Below are positions 37,801 to 52,800 of a stretch of 64,000 nt of DNA, in pieces. The stretch covers positions 11,966,001 through 12,030,000 of the forward strand of contig OZ024766.1 of NCBI GenBank assembly GCA_964016885.1, read 5' to 3'. Position 1 is the first letter of the stretch. Every line of letters starts with the position of its first letter. Source of the stretch: Eledone cirrhosa (Eukaryota). Both the position numbers and the translations under genes were made by a program. Under the pieces are notes generated by a model. The model was not told the origin of the DNA and searched no databases. It saw only the letters and a program-made list of their open reading frames with translations.

Positions 37801-40800
37801 ACCACTTTACAGTGTGGACTGGGTGCTGTTTGCTGTGTCTCCTACATGACCACTTTACAGTGTGGACTGGGTGATGTTTGCTGTGTCTCCTACATGACCA
37901 CTTTACAGTGTGGACTGGGAGCTGTTTACTGTGTCTCCTACATGACCCCTTTACAGTGTGGACTGGGAGCTGTTTGCTGTGTCTCCTACATGACCACTTT
38001 ACAGTGTGGACTGGGTGCTGTTTGCTGTGTCTCCTACATGACCACTTTACAGTGTGGACTGGGAGCTGTTTGCTGTGTCTCTTACATGACCACTTTACAG
38101 TGTGGACTGGGTGCTTTTGCTGTGTCTCCTACATGACCACTTTATAGTGTGGACCGGGTGCTGTTTGCTGTGTCTTTTACATGACCACTTTACAGTGTGG
38201 ACTGGGTGCTGTTTGCTGTGTCTCCTACATGACCACTTTACAGTGTGGACTGGGAGCTGTTTGCTGTGTCTCCTACATGACCACTTTACAGTGTGGACTG
38301 TGTGCTGTTTGCTGTGTCTTTTACATGACCACTTTACAGTGTGGACTGGGTGCTGTTTGCTGTGTCTCCTACACGACCACTTTACAGTGTGGACTGGGTG
38401 CTGTTTGCTGTGTCTCCTACATGACCACTTTACAGTGTGGACTGGGTGCTGTTTGCTGTGTCTTTTACATGTCCCCTTTACAGTGTCGACTGGGAGCTGT
38501 TTGCTGTGTCTTTTACATGACCACTTTACATTGTGGACTGGGTGCTGTTTGCTGTGTCTGCTACATGACCAATCTACAGTGTGGACTGGGTGCTGTTTGC
38601 TGTGTCTCCCACATGACCACTTTACAGTGGGCTGGGTGCTGTTTGCTGTGTCTCCTACATGACCACTTTACAGTGTGGACTGGGTGCTGTTTGCTGTGTC
38701 TCCTACATGACCACTTTACAGCGTGGACTGGGTGCTGTTTGCTGTGTCTCCTACATGACCACTTTACAGTGTGGACTGGGTGCTGTTTGCTGTGTCTCCT
38801 ACATGACCAATTTACAGTGTGGGCTGGGTGCTGTTTGCTGTGTCTCCTACATGACCACTTTACAGTGGACTGGGAGCTGTTTGCTGTGTCTCCTACATGA
38901 CCACTTTACAGTGTGGACTGGGTGCTGTTTGCTGTGTCTCCTACATGACCACTTTACAGTGTGGACTGGATGCATTTTGCTGTGTCTCCTACATGACCAC
39001 TTTACAGTGTGGACTGGGAGCTGTTTGCTGTGTCTCCTACATGACCACTTTACAGTGTAGGCTGGGTGCTGTTTGCTGTGTCTCCTACATGACCACTTTA
39101 CAGTGTGGACTGGGAGCTGTTTGCTGTGTCTCTTACATGACCAATTTACAGTGTGGGCTGGGTGCTGTTTACTGTGTCTCCTACATGACCACTTTACAGT
39201 GTGGACTGGGTGCTGTTTGCTGTGTCTCCTACATGACCACTTTACAGTGTGGACTGGGAGCTGTTTGCTGTGTCTCCTACATGACCACTTTACAGTGTGG
39301 ACTGGGTGCTGTTTGCTGTGTCTCCTACATGACTACTTTACAGCGTCGACTGGGTCCTGTTTGCTGTGTCTTTTACATGTCCCCTTTACAGTGTGGACTG
39401 GGAGCTGTTTGCTGTGTCTCCTACATGACCACTTTACAGTGTGGACTGGGAGCTGTTTGCTGTGTCTCCTACATGACCACTTTACAGTGTGGACTGGGAG
39501 CTGTTTGCTGTGTCTCCTACATGACCACTTTACAGTGTGAACTGGGTGCTGTTTGCTGTGTCTCCTACATGACTACTTTACAGTGTGGGCTGGGTGCTGT
39601 TTGCTGTGTCTCCTACATGACCACTTTACAGTGTGGGCTGGGTGCTGTTTGCTGTGTCTCCTACATGACCACTTTACAGTGTGGGCTGGGTGCTGTTTGC
39701 TGTGTCTTTTACATGTCCCCTTTACAGTGTGAACTGGGTGCTGTTTGCTGTGTCTCCTACATGACCACTTTACAGTGTGGGCTGGGTGCTGTTTGCTGTG
39801 TCTCCTACATGACCACTTTACAGTGTGGGCTGGGTTCTGTTTGCTGTGTCTTTTACATGTCCCCTTTACAGTGTGGACTGGGTGCTGTTTGCTGTGTCTC
39901 CTACATGTCCCCTTTACAGTGTGGACTGGGTGCTGTTTGTGGTGTCTCCTACATGACCACTTTACAGTTTGGACTGGGAGCTGTTTGCTGTGTCTCCTAC
40001 ATGACCACTTTACAGTGTGGACTGGGTGCTGTTTGCTGTGTCTCCTACATGACCACTTTATAGTGTGGACCGGGTGCTGTTTGCTGTGTCTCCTACACGA
40101 CCACTTTACAGTGTGGACTGGGTGCTGTTTGCTGTGTCTCCTACACGACCACTTTACAGTGTGGACTGGGTGCTGTTTGCTGTGTCTCCTACACGACCAC
40201 TTTATAGTGTGGACCGGGTGCTGTTTGCTGTGTCTCCCACATGACCACATTACAGTGTGGACTGGGTGCTGTTTGCTGTGTCTTTTACATGACCACTTTA
40301 CAGTGTGGACTGGGTGCTGTTTGCTGTGTCTCTTACACGACCACTTTACAGTGTGGACTGGGTGCTGTTTGCTGTGTCTCCTACATGACCACTTTACAGT
40401 GTGGACTGGGTGCTGTTTGCTGTGTCTTTTACATGTCCCCTTTACAGTGTCGACTGGGAGCTGTTTGCTGTGTCTTTTACATGACCACTTTACAGTGTGG
40501 ACTGGGTGCTTTTGCTGTGTCTCCTACATGACCACTTTATAGTGTGGACCGGGTGCTGTTTGCTGTCTCTTTTACATGACCACTTTACAGTGTGGACTGG
40601 GTGCTGTTTGCTGTGTCTCCTACATGACCACTTTACAGTGTGGACTGGGAGCTGTTTGCTGTGTCTCCTACATGACCACTTTACAGTGTGGACTGGGTGC
40701 TGTTTGCTGTGTCTTTTACATGACCACTTTACAGTGTGGACTGGGTGCTGTTTGCTGTGTCTCCTACACAACCACTTTACAGTGTGGACTGGGTGCTGTT

Positions 40801-43800
40801 TGCTGTGTCTCCTACATGACCACTTTACAGTGTGGACTGGGAGCTGTTTGCTGTGTCTCCTACATGACCACTTTACAGTGTGGACTGGGTGCTGTTTGCT
40901 GTGTCTCCTACATGACCACTTTACAGTGTGGGCTGGGTGCTGTTTGCTGTGTCTCCTACATGACCACTTTACAGTGTGGACTGGGTGCTGTTTGCTGTGT
41001 CTCCTACATGACCACTTTACAGTGTGGACTGGGTGCTGTTTGCTGTGTCTCCTACATGACCACTTTACAGTGTGGACTGGGTGCTGTTTGCTGTGTCTCC
41101 TACATGACCACTTTACAGTGTGGACTGGGTGCTGTTTACTGTGTCTCCCACATGACCACTTTACAGTGTGGACTGGGAGCTGTTTGCTGTGTCTCCTACA
41201 TGACCACTTTACAGTGTGGACTGGGTGCTGTTTGCTGTGTCTCCTACATGAACACTTTACAGTGTGGACTGGGTGCTGTTTGCTGTGTCTCCTACATGAC
41301 CACTTTTCAGTGTGGACTGGGTGCTGTTTGCTGTGTCTCCTACATGACCCCTTTACAGTGTGGACTGGGTGCTGTTTGCTGTGTCTTTTACATGACCACT
41401 TTACAGTGTGGACTGGGAGCTGTTTGCTGTCTCCTACATGACCACTTTACAGTGTGGGCTGGGTGCTGTTTGCTGTGTCTTTTACATGACCACTTTACAG
41501 TGTGGACTGGGAGCTGTTTGCTGTGTCTCCTACATGACCACTTTACAGTGTGGGCTGGGTGCTGTTTGCTGTGTCTCCTACATGACCACTTTACAGTGTG
41601 GACTGGGTGCTGTTTGCTGTGTCTCCTACATTACCACTTTACAGTGTGGACTGGGAGCTGTTTGCTGTGTCTCCTACATGACCACTTTACAGTGTGGACT
41701 GGGAGCTGTTTGCTGTGTCTTTTACATGACCACTTTACAGTGTGGACTGGGTGCTGTTTGCTGTGTCTCCTACATGACCACTTTACAGTGTGGACTGGGA
41801 GCTGTTTGCTGTGTCTCCTACATGACCACTTTACAGTGTGGACTGGGTCCTGTTTGCTGTGTCTCCTACATGACCACTTTACAGTGTGGACTGGGAGCTG
41901 TTTGCTGTGTCTCCTACATGACCCCTTTACAGTGTGGACTGGGAGCTGTTTGCTGTGTCTTTTACATGACCACTTTACAGTGTGGGCTGGGTGCTGTTTG
42001 CTGTGTCTCCTACATGACCCCTTTACAGTGTGGACTGGGAGCTGTTTGCTGTGTCTCCTACATGACCACTTTACAGTGTGGACTGGGTGCTGTTTGCTGT
42101 GTCTCCTACATGACCCCTTTACAGTGTGGACTGGGAGCTGTTTGCTGTGTCTCCTACATGACCCCTTTACAGTGTGGACTGGGAGCTGTTTGCTGTGTCT
42201 CCTACATGACCCCTTTACAGTGTGGACTGGGTGCTGTTTGCTGTGTCTTTTACATGACCACTTTACAGTGTGGACTGGGTGCTGTTTGCTGTGTCTTTTA
42301 CATGACCACTTTACAGTGTGGGCTGGGTGCTGTTTGCTGTGTCTTTTACATGACCACTTTACAGTGTGGGCTGGGTGCTGTTTGCTGTGTCTTTTACATG
42401 ACCACTTTACAGTGTGGGCTGGGTGCTGTTTGCTGTGTCTCCTACATGACCACTTTACAGTGTGGACTGGGAGCTGTTTGCTGTGTCTTTTACATGACCA
42501 CTTTACAGTGTGGGCTGGGTGCTGTTTGCTGTGTCTCCTACATGACCCCTTTACAGTGTGGACTGGGTGCTGTTTGCTGTGTCTTTTACATGACCACTTT
42601 ACAGTGTGGACTGGGTGCTGTTTGCTGTGTCTTTTACATGACCACTTTACAGTGTGGGCTGGGTGCTGTTTGCTGTGTCTTTTACATGACCACTTTACAG
42701 TGTGGGCTGGGTGCTGTTTGCTGTGTCTTTTACATGACCACTTTACAGTGTGGGCTGGGTGCTGTTTGCTGTGTCTCCTACATGACCACTTTACAGTGTG
42801 GGCTGGGTGCTGTTTGCTGTGTCTTTTACATGACCACTTTACAGTGTGGGCTGGGTGCTGTTTGCTGTGTCTTTTACATGACCACTTTACAGTGTGGGCT
42901 GGGTGCTGTTTGCTGTGTCTCCTACATGACCCCTTTACAGTGTGGACTGGGTGCTGTTTGCTGTGTCTTTTACATGACCACTTTACAGTGTGGACTGGGT
43001 GCTGTTTGCTGTGTCTTTTACATGACCACTTTACAGTGTGGGCTGGGTGCTGTTTGCTGTGTCTTTTACATGACCACTTTACAGTGTGGGCTGGGTGCTG
43101 TTTGCTGTGTCTTTTACATGACCACTTTACAGTGTGGGCTGGGTGCTGTTTGCTGTGTCTCCTACATGACCACTTTACAGTGTGGACTGGGAGCTGTTTG
43201 CTGTGTCTTTTACATGACCACTTTACAGTGTGGGCTGGGTGCTGTTTGCTGTGTCTCCTACATGACCCCTTTACAGTGTGGACTGGGTGCTGTTTGCTGT
43301 GTCTTTTACATGACCACTTTACAGTGTGGACTGGGTGCTGTTTGCTGTGTCTTTTACATGACCACTTTACAGTGTGGACTGGGTGCTGTTTGCTGTGTCT
43401 TTTACATGACCACTTTACAGTGTGGACTGGGTGCTGTTTGCTGTGTCTTTTACATGACCACTTTACAGTGTGGACTGGGAGCTGTTTGCTGTGTCTCCTA
43501 CATGACCACTTTACAGTGTGGACTGAGTGCTGTTTACTGTGTCTCCTACATGACCACTTTACAGTGTGGACTGGGTGCTGTTTGCTGTGTCTTTTACATG
43601 ACCACTTTACAGTGTGGACTGGGAGCTGTTTGCTGTGTCTTTTACATGACCACTTTACAGTGTGGGCTGGGTGCTGTTTGCTGTGTCTCCTACATGAACC
43701 CTTTACAGTGTGGACTGGGTGCTGTTTGCTGTGTCTTTTACATGACCACTTTACAGTGTGGACTGGGTGCTGTTTGCTGTGTCTTTTACATGACCACTTT

Positions 43801-46800
43801 ACAGTGTGGACTGGGTGCTGTTTGCTGTGTCTTTTACATGACCACTTTACAGTGTGGACTGGGTGCTGTTTGCTGTGTCTTTTACATGACCACTTTACAG
43901 TGTGGACTGGGAACTGTTTGCTGTGTCTCCTACATGACCACTTTACAGTGTGGACTGGGTGCTGTTTACTGTGTCTCCTACATGACCACTTTACAGTGTG
44001 GACTGGGTGCTGTTTGCTGTGTCTTTTACATGACCACTTTACAGTGTGGACTGGGAGCTGTTTGCTGTGTCTCCTACATGACCACTTTACAGTGTGGACT
44101 GGGTGCTGTTTGCTGTGTCTCCTACATGACCACTTTACAGTGTGGACTGGGTGCTGTTTGCTGTGTCTCCTACATGACCACTTTACAGTGTGGACTGGGT
44201 GCTGTTTGCTGTGTCTTTTACATGACCACTTTACAGTGTGGACTGGGAGCTGTTTGCTGTGTCTCCTACATGACCACTTTACAGTTTGGACTGGGAGCTG
44301 TTTGCTGTGTCTCCTACATGACCACTTTACAGTGTGGACTGGGTGCTGTTTGCTGTGTCTCCTACATGACCACTTTATAGTGTGGACCGGGTGCTGTTTG
44401 CTGTGTCTCCTACATGACCACTTTACAGTGTGGACTGGGTGCTGTTTGCTGTGTCTCCTACACGACCACTTTACAGTGTGGACTGGGTGCTGTTTGCTGT
44501 GTCTCCTACACGACCACTTTATAGTGTGGACCGGGTGCTGTTTGCTGTGTCTCCCACATGACCACATTACAGTGTGGACTGGGTGCTGTTTGCTGTGTCT
44601 TTTACATGACCACTTTACAGTGTGGACTGGGTGCTGTTTGCTGTGTCTCTTACACGACCACTTTACAGTGTGGACTGGGTGCTGTTTGCTGTGTCTCCTA
44701 CATGACCACTTTACAGTGTGGACTGGGTGCTGTTTGCTGTGTCTTTTACATGTCCCCTTTACAGTGTCGACTGGGAGCTGTTTGCTGTGTCTTTTACATG
44801 ACCACTTTACAGTGTGGACTGGGTGCTTTTGCTGTGTCTCCTACATGACCACTTTATAGTGTGGACCGGGTGCTGTTTGCTGTGTCTTTTACATGACCAC
44901 TTTACAGTGTGGACTGGGTGCTGTTTGCTGTGTCTCCTACATGACCACTTTACAGTGTGGACTGGGAGCTGTTTGCTGTGTCTCCTACATGACCACTTTA
45001 CAGTGTGGACTGGGTGCTGTTTGCTGTGTCTTTTACATGACCACTTTACAGTGTGGACTGGGTGCTGTTTGCTGTGTCTCCTACACAACCACTTTACAGT
45101 GTGGACTGGGTGCTGTTTGCTGTGTCTCCTACATGACCACTTTACAGTGTGGACTGGGAGCTGTTTGCTGTGTCTCCTACATGACCACTTTACAGTGTGG
45201 ACTGGGTGCTGTTTGCTGTGTCTCCTACATGACCACTTTACAGTGTGGGCTGGGTGCTGTTTGCTGTGTCTCCTACATGACCACTTTACAGTGTGGACTG
45301 GGTGCTGTTTGCTGTGTCTCCTACATGACCACTTTACAGTGTGGGCTGGGTGCTGTTTGCTGTGTCTTTTACATGACCACTTTACAGTGTGGACTGGGTG
45401 CTGTTTGCTGTGTCTCCTACATGACCACTTTACAGTGTGGACTGGGAGCTGTTTGCTGTGTCTCCTACATGACCCCTTTACAGTGTGGACTGGGAGCTGT
45501 TTACTGTGTCTCCTACATGACCCCTTTACAGTGTGGACTGGGAGCTGTTTGCTGTGTCTCCTACATGACCACTTTACAGTGTGGACTGGGTGCTGTTTGC
45601 TGTGTCTCCTACATGACCACTTTACAGTGTGGACTGGGAGCTGTTTGCTGTGTCTCTTACATGACCACTTTACAGTGTGGACTGGGTGCTTTTGCTGTGT
45701 CTCCTACATGACCACTTTATAGTGTGGACCGGGTGCTGTTTGCTGTGTCTTTTACATGACCACTTTACAGTGTGGACTGGGTGCTGTTTGCTGTGTCTCC
45801 TACATGACCACTTTACAGTGTGGACTGGGAGCTGTTTGCTGTGTCTCCTACATGACCACTTTACAGTGTGGACTGGGTGCTGTTTGCTGTGTCTTTTACA
45901 TGACCACTTTACAGTGTGGACTGGGTGCTGTTTGCTGTGTCTCCTACACGACCACTTTACAGTGTGGACTGGGTGCTGTTTGCTGTGTCACCTACATGAC
46001 CACTTTACAGTGTGGACTGGGTGCTGTTTGCTGTGTCTTTTACATGTCCCCTTTACAGTGTCGACTGGGAGCTGTTTGCTGTGTCTTTTACATGACCACT
46101 TTACATTGTGGACTGGGTGCTGTTTGCTGTGTCTGCTACATGACCAATCTACAGTGTGGACTGGGTGCTGTTTGCTGTGTCTCCCACATGACCACTTTAC
46201 AGTGGGCTGGGTGCTGTTTGCTGTGTCTCCTACATGACCACTTTACAGTGTGGACTGGGTGCTGTTTGCTGTGTCTCCTACATGACCACTTTACAGTGTG
46301 GACTGGGTGATGTTTGCTGTGTCTCCTACATGACCACTTTACAGTGTGGACTGGGAGCTGTTTACTGTGTCTCCTACATGACCCCTTTACAGTGTGGACT
46401 GGGAGCTGTTTGCTGTGTCTCCTACATGACCACTTTACAGTGTGGACTGGGTGCTGTTTGCTGTGTCTCCTACATGACCACTTTACAGTGTGGACTGGGA
46501 GCTGTTTGCTGTGTCTCTTACATGACCACTTTACAGTGTGGACTGGGTGCTTTTGCTGTGTCTCCTACATGACCACTTTATAGTGTGGACCGGGTGCTGT
46601 TTGCTGTGTCTTTTACATGACCACTTTACAGTGTGGACTGGGTGCTGTTTGCTGTGTCTCCTACATGACCACTTTACAGTGTGGACTGGGAGCTGTTTGC
46701 TGTGTCTCCCACATGACCACATTACAGTGTGGACTGGGTGCTGTTTGCTGTGTCTTTTACATGACCACTTTACAGTGTGGACTGGGTGCTGTTTGCTGTG

Positions 46801-49800
46801 TCTCTTACACGACCACTTTACAGTGTGGACTGGGTGCTGTTTGCTGTGTCTCCTACATGACCACTTTACAGTGTGGACTGGGTGCTGTTTGCTGTGTCTT
46901 TTACATGTCCCCTTTACAGTGTCGACTGGGAGCTGTTTGCTGTGTCTTTTACATGACCACTTTACAGTGTGGACTGGGTGCTTTTGCTGTGTCTCCTACA
47001 TGACCACTTTATAGTGTGGACCGGGTGCTGTTTGCTGTGTCTTTTACATGACCACTTTACAGTGTGGACTGGGTGCTGTTTGCTGTGTCTCCTACATGAC
47101 CACTTTACAGTGTGGACTGGGAGCTGTTTGCTGTGTCTCCTACATGACCACTTTACAGTGTGGACTGGGTGCTGTTTGCTGTGTCTTTTACATGACCACT
47201 TTACAGTGTGGACTGGGTGCTGTTTGCTGTGTCTCCTACACAACCACTTTACAGTGTGGACTGGGTGCTGTTTGCTGTGTCTCCTACATGACCACTTTAC
47301 AGTGTGGACTGGGAGCTGTGTGCTGTGTCTCCTACATGACCACTTTACAGTGTGGACTGGGTGCTGTTTGCTGTGTCTCCTACATGACCACTTTACAGTG
47401 TGGGCTGGGTGCTGTTTGCTGTGTCTCCTACATGACCACTTTACAGTGTGGACTGGGTGCTGTTTGCTGTGTCTCCTACATGACCACTTTACAGTGTGGG
47501 CTGGGTGCTGTTTGCTGTGTCTTTTACATGACCACTTTACAGTGTGGACTTGGTGCTGTTTGCTGTGTCTCCTACATGACCACTTTACAGTGTGGACTGG
47601 GAGCTGTTTGCTGTGTCTCCTACATGACCACTTTACAGTGTGGACTGGGAGCTGTTTACTGTGTCTCCTACATGACCCCTTTACAGTGTGGGCTGGGTGC
47701 TGTTTGCTGTGTCTTTTACATGACCACTTTACAGTGTGGACTGGGAGCTGTTTGCTGTGTCTCCTACATGACCACTTTACAGTGTGGGCTGGGTGCTGTT
47801 TGCTGTGTCTCCTACATGACCACTTTACAGTGTGGACTGGGTGCTGTTTGCTGTGTCTCCTACATTACCACTTTACAGTGTGGACTGGGAGCTGTTTGCT
47901 GTGTCTCCTACATGACCACTTTACAGTGTGGACTGGGAGCTGTTTGCTGTGTCTTTTACATGACCACTTTACAGTGTGGACTGGGTGCTGTTTGCTGTGT
48001 CTCCTACATGACCACTTTACAGTGTGGACTGGGAGCTGTTTGCTGTGTCTCCTACATGACCACTTTACAGTGTGGACTGGGTCCTGTTTGCTGTGTCTCC
48101 TACATGACCACTTTACAGTGTGGACTGGGAGCTGTTTGCTGTGTCTCCTACATGACCCCTTTACAGTGTGGACTGGGAGCTGTTTGCTGTGTCTTTTACA
48201 TGACCACTTTACAGTGTGGGCTGGGTGCTGTTTGCTGTGTCTCCTACATGACCCCTTTACAGTGTGGACTGGGAGCTGTTTGCTGTGTCTCCTACATGAC
48301 CACTTTACAGTGTGGACTGGGTGCTGTTTGCTGTGTCTCCTACATGACCCCTTTACAGTGTGGACTGGGAGCTGTTTGCTGTGTCTCCTACATGACCCCT
48401 TTACAGTGTGGACTGGGAGCTGTTTGCTGTGTCTCCTACATGACCCCTTTACAGTGTGGACTGGGTGCTGTTTGCTGTGTCTTTTACATGACCACTTTAC
48501 AGTGTGGACTGGGTGCTGTTTGCTGTGTCTTTTACATGACCACTTTACAGTGTGGGCTGGGTGCTGTTTGCTGTGTCTTTTACATGACCACTTTACAGTG
48601 TGGGCTGGGTGCTGTTTGCTGTGTCTTTTACATGACCACTTTACAGTGTGGGCTGGGTGCTGTTTGCTGTGTCTCCTACATGACCACTTTACAGTGTGGA
48701 CTGGGAGCTGTTTGCTGTGTCTTTTACATGACCACTTTACAGTGTGGGCTGGGTGCTGTTTGCTGTGTCTCCTACATGACCCCTTTACAGTGTGGACTGG
48801 GTGCTGTTTGCTGTGTCTTTTACATGACCACTTTACAGTGTGGACTGGGTGCTGTTTGCTGTGTCTTTTACATGACCACTTTACAGTGTGGGCTGGGTGC
48901 TGTTTGCTGTGTCTTTTACATGACCACTTTACAGTGTGGGCTGGGTGCTGTTTGCTGTGTCTTTTACATGACCACTTTACAGTGTGGGCTGGGTGCTGTT
49001 TGCTGTGTCTCCTACATGACCCCTTTACAGTGTGGACTGGGTGCTGTTTGCTGTGTCTTTTACATGACCACTTTACAGTGTGGACTGGGTGCTGTTTGCT
49101 GTGTCTTTTACATGACCACTTTACAGTGTGGGCTGGGTGCTGTTTGCTGTGTCTTTTACATGACCACTTTACAGTGTGGGCTGGGTGCTGTTTGCTGTGT
49201 CTTTTACATGACCACTTTACAGTGTGGGCTGGGTGCTGTTTGCTGTGTCTCCTACATGACCACTTTACAGTGTGGACTGGGAGCTGTTTGCTGTGTCTCC
49301 TACATGACCACTTTACAGTGTGGACTGGGTGCTGTTTGCTGTGTCTCCTACATGACCACTTTACAGTGTGGGCTGGGTGCTGTTTGCTGTGTCTCCTACA
49401 TGACCACTTTACAGTGTGGACTGGGTGCTGTTTGCTGTGTCTCCTACATGACCACTTTACAGTGTGGGCTGGGTGCTGTTTGCTGTGTCTTTTACATGAC
49501 CACTTTACAGTGTGGACTGGGTGCTGTTTGCTGTGTCTCCTACATGACCACTTTACAGTGTGGACTGGGAGCTGTTTGCTGTGTCTCCTACATGACCACT
49601 TTACAGTGTGGACTGGGAGCTGTTTACTGTGTCTCCTACATGACCCCTTTACAGTGTGGGCTGGGTGCTGTTTGCTGTGTCTTTTACATGACCACTTTAC
49701 AGTGTGGACTGGGAGCTGTTTGCTGTGTCTCCTACATGACCACTTTACAGTGTGGGCTGGGTGCTGTTTGCTGTGTCTCCTACATGACCACTTTACAGTG

Positions 49801-52800
49801 TGGACTGGGTGCTGTTTGCTGTGTCTCCTACATTACCACTTTACAGTGTGGACTGGGAGCTGTTTGCTGTGTCTCCTACATGACCACTTTACAGTGTGGA
49901 CTGGGAGCTGTTTGCTGTGTCTTTTACATGACCACTTTACAGTGTGGACTGGGTGCTGTTTGCTGTGTCTCCTACATGACCACTTTACAGTGTGGACTGG
50001 GAGCTGTTTGCTGTGTCTCCTACATGACCACTTTACAGTGTGGACTGGGTCCTGTTTGCTGTGTCTCCTACATGACCACTTTACAGTGTGGACTGGGAGC
50101 TGTTTGCTGTGTCTCCTACATGACCCCTTTACAGTGTGGACTGGGAGCTGTTTGCTGTGTCTTTTACATGACCACTTTACAGTGTGGGCTGGGTGCTGTT
50201 TGCTGTGTCTCCTACATGACCCCTTTACAGTGTGGACTGGGAGCTGTTTGCTGTGTCTCCTACATGACCACTTTACAGTGTGGACTGGGTGCTGTTTGCT
50301 GTGTCTCCTACATGACCCCTTTACAGTGTGGACTGGGAGCTGTTTGCTGTGTCTCCTACATGACCCCTTTACAGTGTGGACTGGGAGCTGTTTGCTGTGT
50401 CTCCTACATGACCCCTTTACAGTGTGGACTGGGTGCTGTTTGCTGTGTCTTTTACATGACCACTTTACAGTGTGGACTGGGTGCTGTTTGCTGTGTCTTT
50501 TACATGACCACTTTACAGTGTGGGCTGGGTGCTGTTTGCTGTGTCTTTTACATGACCACTTTACAGTGTGGGCTGGGTGCTGTTTGCTGTGTCTTTTACA
50601 TGACCACTTTACAGTGTGGGCTGGGTGCTGTTTGCTGTGTCTCCTACATGACCACTTTACAGTGTGGACTGGGAGCTGTTTGCTGTGTCTTTTACATGAC
50701 CACTTTACAGTGTGGGCTGGGTGCTGTTTGCTGTGTCTCCTACATGACCCCTTTACAGTGTGGACTGGGTGCTGTTTGCTGTGTCTTTTACATGACCACT
50801 TTACAGTGTGGACTGGGTGCTGTTTGCTGTGTCTTTTACATGACCACTTTACAGTGTGGGCTGGGTGCTGTTTGCTGTGTCTTTTACATGACCACTTTAC
50901 AGTGTGGGCTGGGTGCTGTTTGCTGTGTCTTTTACATGACCACTTTACAGTGTGGGCTGGGTGCTGTTTGCTGTGTCTCCTACATGACCCCTTTACAGTG
51001 TGGACTGGGTGCTGTTTGCTGTGTCTTTTACATGACCACTTTACAGTGTGGACTGGGTGCTGTTTGCTGTGTCTTTTACATGACCACTTTACAGTGTGGG
51101 CTGGGTGCTGTTTGCTGTGTCTTTTACATGACCACTTTACAGTGTGGGCTGGGTGCTGTTTGCTGTGTCTTTTACATGACCACTTTACAGTGTGGGCTGG
51201 GTGCTGTTTGCTGTGTCTCCTACATGACCACTTTACAGTGTGGACTGGGAGCTGTTTGCTGTGTCTTTTACATGACCACTTTACAGTGTGGGCTGGGTGC
51301 TGTTTGCTGTGTCTCCTACATGACCCCTTTACAGTGTGGACTGGGTGCTGTTTGCTGTGTCTTTTACATGACCACTTTACAGTGTGGACTGGGTGCTGTT
51401 TGCTGTGTCTTTTACATGACCACTTTACAGTGTGGACTGGGTGCTGTTTGCTGTGTCTTTTACATGACCACTTTACAGTGTGGACTGGGTGCTGTTTGCT
51501 GTGTCTTTTACATGACCACTTTACAGTGTGGACTGGGAGCTGTTTGCTGTGTCTCCTACATGACCACTTTACAGTGTGGACTGAGTGCTGTTTACTGTGT
51601 CTCCTACATGACCACTTTACAGTGTGGACTGGGTGCTGTTTGCTGTGTCTTTTACATGACCACTTTACAGTGTGGACTGGGAGCTGTTTGCTGTGTCTTT
51701 TACATGACCACTTTACAGTGTGGGCTGGGTGCTGTTTGCTGTGTCTCCTACATGAACCCTTTACAGTGTGGACTGGGTGCTGTTTGCTGTGTCTTTTACA
51801 TGACCACTTTACAGTGTGGACTGGGTGCTGTTTGCTGTGTCTTTTACATGACCACTTTACAGTGTGGACTGGGTGCTGTTTGCTGTGTCTTTTACATGAC
51901 CACTTTACAGTGTGGACTGGGTGCTGTTTGCTGTGTCTTTTACATGACCACTTTACAGTGTGGACTGGGAGCTGTTTGCTGTGTCTCCTACATGACCACT
52001 TTACAGTGTGGACTGGGTGCTGTTTACTGTGTCTCCTACATGACCACTTTACAGTGTGGACTGGGTGCTGTTTGCTGTGTCTTTTACATGACCACTTTAC
52101 AGTGTGGACTGGGAGCTGTTTGCTGTGTCTCCTACATGACCACTTTACAGTGTGGACTGGGTGCTGTTTGCTGTGTCTCCTACATGACCACTTTACAGTG
52201 TGGACTGGGTGCTGTTTGCTGTGTCTCCTACATGACCACTTTACAGTGTGGACTGGGTGCTGTTTGCTGTGTCTTTTACATGACCACTTTACAGTGTGGA
52301 CTGGGAGCTGTTTGCTGTGTCTCCTACATGACCACTTTACAGTTTGGACTGGGAGCTGTTTGCTGTGTCTCCTACATGACCACTTTACAGTGTGGACTGG
52401 GTGCTGTTTGCTGTGTCTCCTACATGACCACTTTATAGTGTGGACCGGGTGCTGTTTGCTGTGTCTCCTACACGACCACTTTACAGTGTGGACTGGGTGC
52501 TGTTTTCTGTGTCTCCTACACGACCACTTTACAGTGTGGACTGGGTGCTGTTTGCTGTGTCTCCTACACGACCACTTTATAGTGTGGACCGGGTGCTGTT
52601 TGCTGTGTCTCCCACATGACCACATTACAGTGTGGACTGGGTGCTGTTTGCTGTGTCTTTTACATGACCACTTTACAGTGTGGACTGGGTGCTGTTTGCT
52701 GTGTCTCTTACACGACCACTTTACAGTGTGGACTGGGTGCTGTTTGCTGTGTCTCCTACATGACCACTTTACAGTGTGGACTGGGTGCTGTTTGCTGTGT

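Noticed and set aside
42780-42924. 3 x 48 = 144 bp as nucleosome-phased periodicity
   Set aside because: Only one 3-monomer gain was seen; other HOR sizes (5, 35 and 41 monomers) are not multiples of three.
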